Shown piece after piece: positions 51,028 to 64,000 of a DNA stretch of 64,000 nucleotides. Each line of letters opens with the position of its first letter. Position 1 is the stretch's first letter. A program made the position numbers and the translations under genes. A model generated the notes under the pieces. It had not been told where the DNA came from. It did no database searches and saw only the letters and a program-made list of their open reading frames with translations. Source of the stretch: Octopus sinensis (Eukaryota); contig NC_043012.1 of NCBI RefSeq assembly GCF_006345805.1, positions 33,852,001-33,916,000 on the forward strand, read 5' to 3'.

Positions 51028-51901
51028 TATCCTACCTAAATTTTCTACTTGTTTTATGTTCAAACTGGCCAGGTCCAGTCTCTCACACCTACCTTACAAT
51101 GTCATTCTAAAAGTAAGCAATCACATCATCAAAATCTTGAAGCTAAGAGATAATGCATCATTAATTTAAAACCATGTGTTTGAATAAGTGTTGCATTTAA
51201 CACAGTAATCTGTTTGCTAAGGGGTTAAATGATGACTGTGAAATCGCTCTCTCTCTAATGGTTCACGAATCTGTTTAAAACATTCTCTCTTTTATCTTTC
51301 TCTCACACACACATACATATACATACATACTCTTGTATGCATACACACATTCACAGTCTGTCACACAAACACACTCATGCACACACACTCTATTTCACAC
51401 ACACACAAGACAGACATACAAGACATACACAAGCACAACATTCACACATACATACACAACACAAATATAACACATACAACACACACACACACCACACACA
51501 CAATACACCTACACGCAATACACACACACACACCATACACACACCTACACACACTCACAACACACACATGCACACAAACTCTCTCACACACGCACTTCAT
51601 TGAGTTCACAGGGATAAAAACAATTATATCACCAGATTAAATGGTACAAACCACTTTTGGGAACCACTCAACAGCATGCAGCCCTCCTATTGGTTACCAA
51701 ACTAAAGAGCTTTGGATCCTGTCAAAATTCCAACAGGTTTTTCAGAGATAAAGTAATTTGTCTGCCATCAACTAAAAACTTGAATCATTTCATCAGAAAT
51801 ACTTCAATTATTTCATCAGAAATGTTACAGTAATTTCATTTCCTGGTGTATTTGTTTCAGAGCTCTGTGGTGGTATTTGATCTTGTGCGATTATTCTATA
51901 A

Positions 51902-52007
51902 CTATTGTGTCTGGGGATAGTCATTTTCTTTTTGTGCCTTATTATGTAACACACTCACCGGTAAAATTAAGGCACAAAAAGAAAATTACTCTCCCCAGAC
52001 ACAATAG
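51902..52007. repeat. Inverted repeat with 40-bp arms (MITE-like)
   Basis: ctattgtgtctggggatagtcattttctttttgtgcctta versus taaggcacaaaaagaaaattactctccccagacacaatag. Confidence 0.8.
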
Positions 52008-52181
52008 AATATGCTTCAACACACCACACGAACTCGTATAAAAGAATCTTGCAAACCAAATCCAAAAACGAAATATTCTATAACTTTTTGTTTGAAGACT
52101 TATCCACTGTTCGCTTCTTGTGTTTGTTCTATGTACTACTGAGCTGTAGTGCACCTGAGCATTGCATACAATAAGTTCATC

Positions 52182-52540
52182 ATTATTACCTCCACCTTAA
52201 CGAAGGTGGCAGTATTGTTTTCAGTCATATTTGTTTGTTTGATATCTCAAGAACTGCTGGATGGATTCGGATGAAATTTTCAGGGATGTTTGGCCTTGTG
52301 ACTGGAACAAACTGATTAGATTTTAAGACCGATCCAGTACCAGACAAGGATTCTGGATTATTTTTCCTGTTTTTTTACTTAACTTTTGAGAGCGGCCAGG
52401 TTCATTTTTAGTATTCTCGTTTGTGAGAGCAGTCGAGTTTATTTCAGATATTCGCATTTTAAAAATCCTTTCCTGTTAAACATTGAGAGGGATATCAGTG
52501 TTGCCTTGGCGGAGGTTTGAACTCTCCGAGTTGCTCGTTA
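52182..52540 (+). mobile_element. Helentron/HINE-like non-autonomous element
   Basis: 5' sub-TIR acctccacc with hairpin ccacctt-aacg-aaggtgg; 3' ggcggaggt; T-rich (tta)n flanks. Confidence 0.6.
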
Positions 52541-52995
52541 TTATTATTTTATCTTTTTACTATGGTGAAAGAGGTGGTGTGGTAAAGGTTGAAACGACTG
52601 CAAACTAGCACCTTCTTCTCAGCCACACTCTCATCAACTTTTCCAAATTTCACCTGACCCTATAAATTCTTTGAAAAGCGAATCAGATTAGTAGAAATGG
52701 TATGAGTAAACAGACTGCTCTGCACAAATGCCTGCACAAATGTCTGGGAAGAGGCACCTGCCTTCATGTTTAAGGTGATCCAAGTTTTGTGGGGTTTTCC
52801 TCAACTTGCCCTTGATAGTGTCCACCCCTCCCCCATTGAGGAATTTTGTTTTTCTTATTTCTTTTTTTTGCATGTAAACCTCACCCACCATGTTTCTACT
52901 TTGTCCCTTCACACTGCCCTTGTTTTCTTTGCTCCCTTGTTACTAATAAAGAAGTTGATTACCAGTTGAGTTCAGAGCTCAACTGGTATTTATTA

Positions 52996-53400
52996 AGGCA
53001 GCGAGCTGGCTGAATCATTAGCATGCCAGGCGAAATGCGTAGCCCTATTTCATCTGCCATTACGTTCTGAGTTCAAATTCCGCCGAGGTCGACTTTGCCT
53101 TTCATCCTTTCGAGGTCGATAAATTAAGTACCAGTTATGCACTGGTATCAATGTAATCAACTTAATCTGTTTGTCTGTCCTTGTTTGTCCCCTCTGTGTT
53201 TAGCCCTTTGTGGGTAATAAAGAAATAGGTATTTCGTCTGCCGTTACATTCTGAGTTCAAATTCCGCTGAGGTCGACTTTGCCTTTCATCCTTTCGGGGT
53301 CGATAAATTAAGTACCAGTTACGTACTGGGATCGATGTTATCGACTTAATCCGTTTGTTTGTCCCCTCTGTGTTTAGCCCCTTGTGGGTAGTAAATAAAT
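52996..53400 (+). mobile_element. SINE family A head-to-tail dimer; other dimers at 20890-21180(-) and 28812-29235(-)
   Basis: The second unit starts at the internal ggtatttcgtc directly after ...aaagaaata (junction 53227/53228). Confidence 0.9.
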
Positions 53401-55689
53401 AGGTATTTATTTTATCAACCCCACAAGAATCAAATTCAGTGGAATTTCAACTCAGAATATGAAATATTGCCAAGTGTTTTGCCCAGCATGTACTAAAGGT
53501 TCTGCATGCTTTCGCCACTCTTCCACTATTTTTATATTAATTCATTCCTTCCTGCTATTACTTATTTTACTTACATATGGCAAACAAAGGAAATAAAATG
53601 TATATCAATAACAAAAAGACGACCAATTCTGAGTGAAATGTCAGCTTAGATTCTGTCTTCTCCTTTCTGTTTGAATATCTTTAACCCTTTCGTTACTGTA
53701 TTTATTTTGAGATACTCTGTGTTTCTTTCAATTACTTTAACTATAACAAAGAATTTAGTAAAATAACTTAGTTATCATTAAGCCAGTGTTAGGGACATAA
53801 ATTGTGACTAAGGTTTGGTGGAAGATTTGAATTCAAAACTTATGGAAACAAGACATTTGTACTAAAGAGCCAGAACCGGTTTCAGCCGGATTGGTAACGT
53901 AAGGGTTAAATGTAGTGAAGAAGCCTCACCTAAGCAGTGACATTGAAGTGCTGGTTGCCATGAAAGACATCATTGAGTGACCACCAGAAATAAATACTTT
54001 AATTCAGGAAGTGATTGTCAATGACAAAAGAAGGATTGGCAGAGGAGAATTTTCAATTACAGTTAATTGTTACTAAAAACAATTCAGAAAAATCTAGAAG
54101 CAGATTATTTTCCATGCTATAATATTCTCTAGAAAGATGTCACCCCCACTTTCCCTATATCCGTCTTAAGGTTTTTATGAATCATTAAAAAATATATCGT
54201 AACATTGGAGATGTAACTTGTCTGTCTTGGAAATAACTGAGGTTGTGTGTCAACATTGAAGTAATTCCAAAATTGAAGGAATTCTATTTTAACCATTTAA
54301 AGAACACAAAAATCTGTTTAATTCAAATTTCATATATTTTGTGACCTGTCAAAATTTCCATTGTACTACCATGACTTGGTGGCCACTGGCATAGATTTGC
54401 TGTGGAACCATGCCAGTAACCAGGTCACTGATGACTGAAAATGGCTCTTCTTTGATGCAGAAAGTTTGGGGAGCCAGAGTGTGATCTGTATAACTTTACT
54501 TATTTCTTTACTGCCTACATGGGGCTGCACACAGAGGGGACAAACAAGGACAGACAAACGGATTAAGTCAATTGTATCGACCCCAGTGCGTAACTAGTAC
54601 TTATTTAATCAACCTCGAAAGGATGAAAGGCAAAGTTGACCTCGGCAGAATTTGAACTCAGAACGTAACAGCAGATGAAATACCTCTAAGCATTTCACCT
54701 GGTGTGCTAATGTTTCTGCCAGCTCGCCACCTGTATAACTTTACTATAGTATGAAGTAGAAACTTAGTCCCTATATGATGGCATATAGCAGAGGGACAGC
54801 GATTTTCTTTGTTCTCCCCAGATGTGAAATTAGTAACTCCTTCCATTAATAAACTCCAGTATTCTTTAAAAAAAAAAAAAAACAGACTTCATTGGATTAA
54901 ACACAAAGTGTATTTATAGTAGAACATATATGTATGTGTTACTGCATATAAATACCAATTTTCTATGTATATTATATACACTCACACTTTATATGTACAT
55001 GTATTATATACTCTCACACTATTTGCTATGTATATATACTGTCAACAGTTTTATATGTATATTATGTAGAAACACTGCCAGATCAGACTGGGCCTGGTGC
55101 AGCCTCCTGGCTTCCCAGACCCCAGTTGAACCGTCCAACCCATGCTACCATGGAAAGTGGACATTAAACAATGATGACGATGATGATTATGTATATATAC
55201 ACACATTGTTCTTGTTTGTGTGTGTGTGTGTGTGTGGTGATTGCTGCTTATTGACTGAAGATGCCATCTCCTTTTAAATATCTGTACCCAAACTCTGTAC
55301 AATCATGCTTGCACAAATGGCAGCTTCTGCAAGTATGGTGACTTTGTGATGGGTTTTCGACCAGCTCTGCACGTACATTTTCTTATATTCTTATTGGCCT
55401 CTTCAGACCTCTAGTAGACCTACAAACCGAGTCACAAAATGGAAGCACTTTGTTTCGGTCTTGGAGGGAGTATGTTCTTATATGCATCTTGATTCTTGTC
55501 CCCTTCCACGTGACTGTTCACAGCTAACTAATCCAGCAGTTGATAAGAATTGGTGCTTACAGGGAACACCCATGAATCCTCCTTCAAACTCACTTGGTCA
55601 TTCATGCTTTCAAATAGTCTTTTAGTTTTGCATTTGGACTTCTGTTCTATTCAAATGTTTCACAGCTTTTGTTGATTGTACCAAACCAC

Positions 55690-56080
55690 TTTTTGTCCAA
55701 CGCAAGCGTTTGCCTTTATCATATCTTTATATCTCTTAATTGCTTGAGAATCCTTGTCTCATCCATCCTAATTAGATGATCCGACTAGCACATTTCATGC
55801 AAAATAATGACTTTTTTTCAATGCTGGGTATATTAGTGTTTGCCAGAACGATCATGTCTTGGGTTTTTATCTGCCATTTTATCATTAGTTTGTGCCTTAA
55901 ACAATCTTTCAAGTGATGCCGTGTGATGGCTCATGTTTCTGAAGAATACAGAAGACAGCTTAAAGCAACTCTCACAGATAGAAAGCTTTGTGGCAAAAGT
56001 AATTCCTCCATCCTTCCACATTCATTTTTCAAGATAGCTGAAAGCAGTGATTGCTTTTGCATTCCTTTCATGAATTTCAT
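55690..56080 (-). mobile_element. RTE-1 LINE post-RT fragment, decayed
   Basis: [35 protein letters not shown]... matches the RTE pattern DDEI..RIAKA..AFGRL..RVW...GI...TKL. Confidence 0.7.
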
Positions 56081-56084
56081 CATC

Positions 56085-56109
56085 TATATGTATATATATA
56101 TGTGTGTGT

Positions 56110-56162
<53 letters not shown>

Positions 56163-56177
56163 CATATATATATATAT

Positions 56178-56211
<34 letters not shown>

Positions 56212-56450
56212 TATATATATATGTATTGTATATATATATGTATATATATATATGTATATATGTATTTGTATATGTATATATGTATTTGTATATATATATA
56301 TGTATTTGTATATATATATGTATTTGTATATATATATGTATTTGTATATATATGTATATATGTATTTGTATATATATATGTATTTGTATATATATATATA
56401 TAATGTATTTGTATATACGTATTTGGATATATGTATATATATATATCTGT
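56085..56450 (+). repeat. (TA)n/(TG)n tract with an 18-20 bp higher-order unit tatatatatgtatttgta
   Basis: Read directly; about 8 units. Confidence 0.85.
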
Positions 56451-58721
56451 GAGTGTGTTTGTGTCTTTGTCCATTATCATAAGTTATCTATTAGTATTAT
56501 TGTGTTTACATACCTGTAACTTAGCACTTTGCCAAAAAGGGGCCGATCAAATAAGTACCAGGTTTAAAACAAAACTATGGACTGGGGTTGATTTGTTCAA
56601 CTAAAATTCCTCAAGGAAGTGCCCAAGTATGGCCACAGTCTAATGACTGAAGTAAGTAAAAGATATATATATATATTTGTGTGTGTGTGTGTGTATCTGT
56701 GTTTATATATTCAGTGGGGTGAGGGTTGTAAATAACGTCAGAGAGCAACGAAGTGGTTTAAAATATCATTATGTCAATTATTTAACCTTTGTTTCATTAA
56801 ATGTTAATAGGTCTGAGAGGTCTTTCTCTCTTAATTGGTGGACGGTGTTTGAAGTATATTTAGGTTCTGTATGGTTTTAACGAGTGCTCTTTATATACAC
56901 TTGTTTTATGTGTGTAGAGGGGAGGCAGGAATGGCTGTGTGGTTGAGAAGTTCCTTTTCCAACCACAGAGTTTTGGGTTCAGTCCAATTTTGCACCAGTT
57001 TGGACAAGTGTCCAACGAAGCTGGGAGTTGGTGCCAAAAATCAGAGCAATTGTTCTCAAATGGCAGCTGAAAACTTGTGGTCAACAGTTCCTAACCTTGT
57101 TTTCATTTTCAGAAACAAATTCTATAGCTCCAGGCCAATCGAAGTCTTATCAGTGGATTTGGCTAACAGAAATTGAAAGAAGCCCATCATATATGTGTAT
57201 ATAGAAAAATGTATGTGTGTATAATTATATATATATCCTCTTAACAAAGTGCTACATGCATTGACACTGTTGTCATTTTTACTGCCAACAAATCAATCCT
57301 TGAGTTTGCCCCTTTGAAGATCCCTTACTTGAAGAACAAGTAAGGACTAGCAGTGAAAAGGACATTCTGTTGTAAAACATTATATATATGGTTTTAGGGT
57401 CTCAACTCTGTTGCAGTGGGTGGTCTTCTTGAGTACAGCGAAGCAACAGAGGACGGAGATATGTGACACATTTGCTGTACTCACAAAGACTCACCCATCA
57501 CAAGAGAATCAAGATCCTAAAGACCAAAGGGCCATGCGAAAAGCTCTGGTGATGGTGCCACATAAAAAGCACTCAGTTCATTCTGTAATGTGGTTGGCAT
57601 TAGAAAGGGCACCCAGTCATAGAAACCAAAGCAACACAGACGGTGGAACCTGGCGTGGCCCCAGGCCTTGCTATTTCCTGTGAAGCCATTCAACCCATGC
57701 CTGCATGGAAAAACAGATGTTAAATGATTGATGATGATGATGATCTATATAGGTGCAGGCGTGGCTATGTAATAAAGTTTGCCTTCCAGCCATGTAGTTC
57801 TGGGTCCAGTCCCACCAAATGAAATCTTGGGCAAGTGTTTTCTACAATACAGTCTCAGATGAATCAAAACCTTGTGAGTAGATTTGGTAGACAGAAAACC
57901 TGAATGAAGCCTGTTGTATATATGTGTATGTGTGTGCGTCATTGTGTCTGTACCCCACCACCACTTGACAACCTGTATTGGTTTGTTTACATCCCTGTAA
58001 CTCAATGCTTCGGCAAAAAGAAACCAATAGAGCAATTAGAGGAGAAAGGGAGTGGGCACCAAACCTTTCAAGGTGATGCTCCAGCATGGCCACAGTCTAA
58101 TAACTGAAAGATGGACTGTGTCAGAGTTTTGTGATCAGAAGACCAAATCCAAGAGCAAAGGAACAAATTGTCAGTGAAAGGTAAAATAAGATCCTGCAGG
58201 ATTGCAGAGGTTGCACCTGCACCTAGTTTGGTGTGGTGACTGCTTTGATGGTGAGGGAGAAGAATGTGCAAGAGTATGGGTTGGACAGTTCTTGATAGTA
58301 CCAATGCTGCTTTGCCCTGCTGGGAGGAAAGTCCTGAAATCATGATTTTTCAGTCAACGACTGGTGATGGGAGAGTACTGTGCAATGAAAACTGTATGTA
58401 TGATAGTGTGTGTGTGTGTGTGCGCGTGCACATGCGCATTTATAATTAACGATGAGAATAACATGGAAACTAAGCAAGGTGTCGTTGTAAGCAGAGCTGG
58501 CACTAGGAAGTGTGAGGCTCAATTTGAGGATTGTCAGTGGAGCCCTCTACTCTACAAAAGCTAGAGGTTTTATGCCCCATGTAGTACACCGGTCTCAGCC
58601 AAAAAGCATTGAGGCTCCACCATTAGTCACAATGATATACTAAAAATTTATCATAGTGTCCTCTGCTCCAGCATGTGCACAAAGCCCTCTCTTGGTGCAG
58701 GACCCAACTTGAACAAATGTC

Positions 58722-59126
58722 GGATCTTTTCGGCTTAACCGGCAGATTTTTTAAATAATTTCTTTGTAACTAAACTGGTAGAATGTGTTACATAAAACAT
58801 CTTTTTCTCTTGGCTTTCTTGAGAAAATTCTGTAGTTTGTAAGCTATTTGTTGTTTAATTTCTTGCATTTCAGCAATTTCAACCAATCAATGATGACTGT
58901 TGAGGTGAATACGATTTCTCCGGATCTTTGTCAACAACAATTATTTGCGCTGTCATATGAATTTGCCACTATTATTTACAAATAGCTTACAAACTACAAA
59001 ATTTTCTCAAGAAAGCCAAGAGAAAAAGATGTTTTATGTAACACATTCTACCAGTATACGAAGTTTAAAAGTGTTTAGTTACAAAGAAATTATTTTTAAA
59101 ATCTGCCGGTCAAAGCGAAAAGATCC
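58722..59126. mobile_element. GGATC-terminal MITE with long TIRs and 8-bp TSD; relatives at 45189-45350, 45699-45964 and 43680-43946
   Basis: TSD caaatgtc at 58714-58721 and 59127-59134; long TIRs beginning ggatcttttcg. Confidence 0.85.
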
Positions 59127-59965
59127 CAAATGTCTAAATGGTTTGAAACTGGCTCTGGTTGTAAGTTTGGTATCCAATGAGAGACTAAGTTGAAGAGTTT
59201 TCGAAATTTTAAGCTTAAACTCTTCTTCTGAAAGTTAAATAAAAGGAAATAAAAAATGGGAGCAGCTGAGAAAAACATGTTGGTCTTTGGCAAATGAATA
59301 GGAGTGACTGAAAGGATTGATGTTTCATGGGATGGTAACTGTATAAATTATGTATGTATGTGTGTGTGTATGCATGTGTAGTTTTAGTGGAAGTCATAAT
59401 GTGTGTGTGTGTGTGTGTATTTCTCAGTTCTTGTTATTTATAGTGTTTGTTTTTGTGTGTGTAATATCATAATCATTGTTAAGGCAGCGAGCTGGCAGAA
59501 CCATTGGCCTGCCAGGCAAAATGCTTAGTGGCACTTCATTCTGATTTTCAAATTCTGTCAAGGTCGACTTTGCCTTTCATCCTGCCATAGTTAAAATAAG
59601 TACCAGTTGAACATTGGAGTCGGATGTAATTGACCTACACATTCCCCTGAAATTGCTAGCTTTGTGCCAAAATTTGAAACCAATATCATCACCATTATTT
59701 TAAAATCCACTTTTCCATTCTTATTCTTGCAGGCAGTGGTCAGATGAATTCCTTGAGACAGATTTTCTACAGCTATTGTCTCTTTCTGTTGTCAATTCTC
59801 ATCTGTCTCTAAGCTAATATTTTACCAAGTCCTTCAAATATGAACAGTTCATTGGCTGTCATATGTTTTCATGGAAGATAGAAAATGAATAAAAACCATT
59901 TTTGTATGAATGTCAAGTTTATTCACAGTCACCATGTGATGTCAGGAGATACAGTCACACACACA

Positions 59966-60014
<49 letters not shown>

Positions 60015-61825
60015 AAAAGCTTCTTTCACTTTCTATCTACCAAATTCACTCACAAGGATTTGGTTGGTCTGGGATTGTATAAGAAGCTTGTTCAAAATAG
60101 CATGCAGTGGGACTGAACCCCCCCCCCCAACCAAACAGTTGCACAGCAAATTTCTAACCATAGTCATGCTTTTATACACACACACACACACACACCACAC
60201 ACACACACACACTTTCCTGTATTCACACAGAACTACATTTTCCAGTATGTTCTTCTTCCCTTTAGGATGATACACATTGATTTGAGGGAAATTTGGCTGC
60301 TGCTTCTTGCAGGTAGACTGCTCCTGCAAAAGCTTTCCCTTCTTGATTCAGAGTAAACTTTATTGTTATGTAGTCCAAGATGAGCCAAAGTCAAACAAAA
60401 CTGTGATGAGAGGTGTGCCATTCATGACAACCTATTCATTTGTATATAGGGGAATCTCTTGTTCAGGTGTGTATTGTGTTGGAGTTTTAGCTACTATTCT
60501 CAGCAGGTGAGGCAATCCTGTTTCAGCCAATGAACAATTTCCCCTATAACACTCCTCTTCCTCAAACTTTTTTGTATATTCTGTGTGGGTGGCTGAAGAA
60601 ACAGGTAGAAGGGAGATTTCAGTTACATATCAACATGATAAAAGCAGGAGTGGCTGTGTGGTAAAGTAGCTTGCTTACGAACCACATGGTTCTGGGTTCA
60701 GTTCCACTGCGTAGTACCATAGGCAAGTGTCTTCTACTATAGCCTCGGGCTGACCAAAGCCTTGTGAGTGGATCTGGAAGACGGAAACTGAAAGAAGCCC
60801 ATCGTATATGTGTGTGTGTATATGTTTGTTTGTGTGTCTGTGTTTGTCCCCCCAACATCGCTTGACAACCGATGCTGGTGTGTTTACGTCCCTGTAACTT
60901 ATCGGTTCAGTAAAAGAGACCAATAGAATAAGTACTAGGCTTACAAAGAATAAGTCCTGGGGTCGATTTGCTCGACATGGCCGCAGTCAAATGACTGAAA
61001 CAAGTAAAAGAGTAAAAGCAGTATTATTAGATTTGAGTAGGGGGTGAGAGAATTGCTACAATTAGAAATAGAATGCCTTGAATTTGTGGGTTCAAATCCT
61101 GTGGAAGCCAGCATTGTCTTTCTTCCTTCTAAGGTCAATGGAAGAAAAGACAGTAATACATTTTAGTAGATTAATAAACTGTTCCCAACAATTCTTGACC
61201 TTCAGACAATCTTCCTTATCAAACAGACATTAAGATATTTCATATTTTAAGGATTGGACTTAAGAGGCTTCAGTACTATAAAGGAAGGAACATTGTGCCG
61301 TTAATTGCTGCCGGCTCTAAACACAGGCCCACATACTCTTGAACACAGACAGACCAATTTCTAAATTTACTCTCTCGGATTAATCGCTGAAAATACTAAG
61401 GAAATGAAACCACTTCAGTCTTTAACGTCATCAATTCCTCTCCATCTAATTCTCAAACTCCCCCTCATTCTCTCTTTACACACACACACACACACGTATA
61501 CATAATTTATATGAGTGTATGTGTGTCTAATTATGGACATGTATATGTATGTATATATACATATTTGTATACAAGTATATGTATGTAAGTATATGTACTA
61601 GTGTCTGTATTATATGTGTGTGTGCATGTATCTATCTGTCTATCCAGCCATCCACCGACCAGCACAGCAGATATTAAGGTCACTCCTCAACCTTGAGGTT
61701 TTAGGCTCAGTTCCACTGTAATGCACCTTTGGCAAGTGTCTTCTACTATAGTTCCAGGTTGACCAAAGCCTTGTGAGTAGACTGGAAAATAAAAACTGAA
61801 AGAAACTTACCATATATATATATAG

Positions 61826-62010
61826 AGGGAGAGTTTACGAAAAAAACAAAAGACGAAGACAGGGGTGGTGTACAAAACGAACAGATGTATTAGTATAACC
61901 TCAGGAATAGAAAAAGTCTTTTACGTTCGAGCCTACACACTTCTACAGAAAGGGACACAGAAAAAACAAGGAGAGAAAAAAATGTGTGTAGTGGCTAATG
62001 ATCTATCATG
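61826..62010 (-). mobile_element. Penelope-like repeat, copy D, degenerate hammerhead motif at 61917-61953
   Basis: Homology to A-C; stem II is broken (GTGT/GCTC) and GAAA is reduced to GAA. Confidence 0.55.
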
Positions 62011-62507
62011 GCGACACACATATATATCATCATTATCCTCATTTAATGTCTGTTTTCCATGCTGGCATGATTTGACAGGAGCTGACCAGGCTGAAAGGCT
62101 AAAGGGCTCCCTGTCTGTTTTAGCATGGTTTCTATGACTGGATTAATAAGTTAACTTCTTAACTACACAGCCATGCAAGTACATATATAGATATGTGCAC
62201 ATACACACATACATGTCTCACTGCATGTAGCAACACACTTTGTATACAAGTATTCTAGACTCTTCCCTTCACCTTGAATGAGAAGGTTTGTTGTCAGCAG
62301 AGGTATTAGCTCCATTTTGTCCTTATTGTGACTATCACACCTCATATGTCCACATTATCTATAAACACACACAGTTCTCAATTGTTATGGTTCTGTACCG
62401 CCCAGTTGTACACAAGTTGTCTCACAGTTATGTTTAATTATGTAATGTATAATGAAATTCTACATGTAATAAATAGATATTTGTGACACCTAAATAGATA
62501 TAATTTA

Positions 62508-63081
62508 GGGAAGAGGTAGACCCAGGAAGACCTGGGATGAAGTGGTGAAGCATGACCTTTGAACATTAGGCCTCATCGAGGCAATGACTAGTGACCGAGA
62601 CTTTTGGAAATATGCTTTGCTTGAGAAGACCCGGCAAGCCAAATTAGACCATAACCAGCCCACTTATGCGTACCTTTCCTTCATTGGACACTAAACTCTA
62701 CTTGCGAAGACCTATTGAGGCAAGTGAAATCAAAATCAAATTTGATGACTGGCATCTGTTCTAGTGGAATGCTAAGAGCACCATCTGAGTGTGATCGTTG
62801 CCAGAGCGGCTAACTGGCTTCTGTGCTGATGGCACGTAAAAAGCATCATTTGAGTGTGGCTGTTTGCCAGTACTGCCTGACTGGCCCTCATGCCGGTGGC
62901 GCATAAAGGCACCCACTACGCTCTCGGAGTGGTTGGCATTAGGAAGGGCATTCAGCTGTAGAAACTCTGCCAGACCAAGATTGGAGCCTGGTGCAGCCGT
63001 CTGGTTCGCCAGCCCTCAGTCAGACCATCCGACCCATGCTAGCATGTAAAACGGATGTTAAACAACAACAATGATGATGAT
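62508..63081 (+). mobile_element. RTE 3' end: GRGRPRKTWDEVVKHDL*TLGLIEAMTSDRDFWKY plus 3' UTR
   Basis: RTE C-terminal GRPRKTW motif linked to the ubiquitous (GAT)n-tailed repeat. Confidence 0.88.
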
Positions 63082-64000
63082 TAAATATTGCATATAGCAA
63101 ATAACTGTGTAGATATTATCTAAATGTATGTGAACATATATAGGTATATGTCATACATATAACTACATATAGAAAACCTGTGTAATATGAAGATAGAGCA
63201 TGACCTACAACTGTTTTTAATCTTCAGTTTTGATTTTTAATTGATTTGTTTTTATATCTCTGAAAATTAAATATCTTCTCCTTAACCCCCTCTCCCCACC
63301 TTGTTACCTCTAACTAATGGGAAAAACCATTATGTGGTTGCTCAACATGATAGTGATAGCAACCAAATCTCCCTCAAATCACACTCTAATCGTCGTCGTT
63401 TAACGTCCACTTTCCATGCTAGCATGGGTTGGACAATTTTGACTGAGGGCTGGCGAACCAGATGGCTGCACCAGGCTTCAATCTTGATTTGGCAGAGTTT
63501 CTACAGCTGGATACCCTTCCTAACGCCAACAACTCCGAGAGTGTAGTGGGTGCTTTTACATGCCACTGGCACAGGGTCAGTCAAGCAGTACTGGCAACGA
63601 CCTCGCTCGAATTTTTTTACACATGCCACCGGCACAGGTGCCAGTAAGGCGATGCTGGTAATGATCACGCTCGAATGGTGCCCTTTTACGTGCCACGGGT
63701 ACGGAAGCCAGTTAGCCGCTCTGGCAACGATCACGCTCGGATGGTGCTCTAATGTCTCAAAAACATATTTTGAGATACATTTGATAATCTAGTTTCGTAT
63801 GTGGTTGATGGCAGCGCCACCCTGACTGGCTTCCGTGCCGGTGGCACGTAAAAAGCACCCACTACACTCACAGAGTGGTTGGCGTTAGGAAAGGCATCCA
63901 GCTGTAGAAACACTGCCAGATTAGACTGGGCCTGGTGCAACCTCCTGGCTTCTCAGACCCCATTCAAATCGTCCAACCCATGCTAGTATAGAAAGCGGAT

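Noticed and set aside
55923-56519. 198-aa ORF and the many other YI/HT/CV-rich ORFs (e.g. 13543-13934, 31450-32082, 37714-38517)
   Set aside because: Stop-free readings of (TA)n/(CA)n repeats, partly joined to TE fragments.
1-64000. CRISPR arrays or prokaryotic/viral systems
   Set aside because: Spliced gene, SINE/LINE content and microsatellites show eukaryotic nuclear DNA; the periodic RTE modules have related spacers, not unique ones.

Overview
Eukaryotic, very AT-rich, microsatellite- and retroposon-dense genomic DNA. The repeat families look like those of octopod cephalopods (inference from pattern recognition, no database search). The only protein-coding gene I can support is a + strand Sestrin: seven GT-AG exons at 4015-13469 splice in frame to 420 aa plus stop. 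Its N-terminal exon(s) were not found and probably lie upstream of the window. About 7 kb without recognisable SINE/LINE copies follows the stop codon (candidate long 3' UTR). The rest is a mosaic of RTE-LINE fragments and (GAT)n-tailed RTE 3' ends, three tRNA-derived SINE families, two decayed mariner transposons, TTAA (piggyBac-type) MITEs, GGATC-terminal MITEs, non-autonomous Helitron/Helentron-like elements and a CR1/L2-like fragment. Two observations stand out. First, a four-copy Penelope-type repeat carries a minimal hammerhead-ribozyme fold with a family-wide non-canonical core, CUGU-N-GA. Second, a full-length U6 snRNA copy is fused in the same orientation to a retroposon 3' tail, a U6/retroelement chimera candidate. 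Repeat boundaries are approximate unless a TSD or terminus is quoted.
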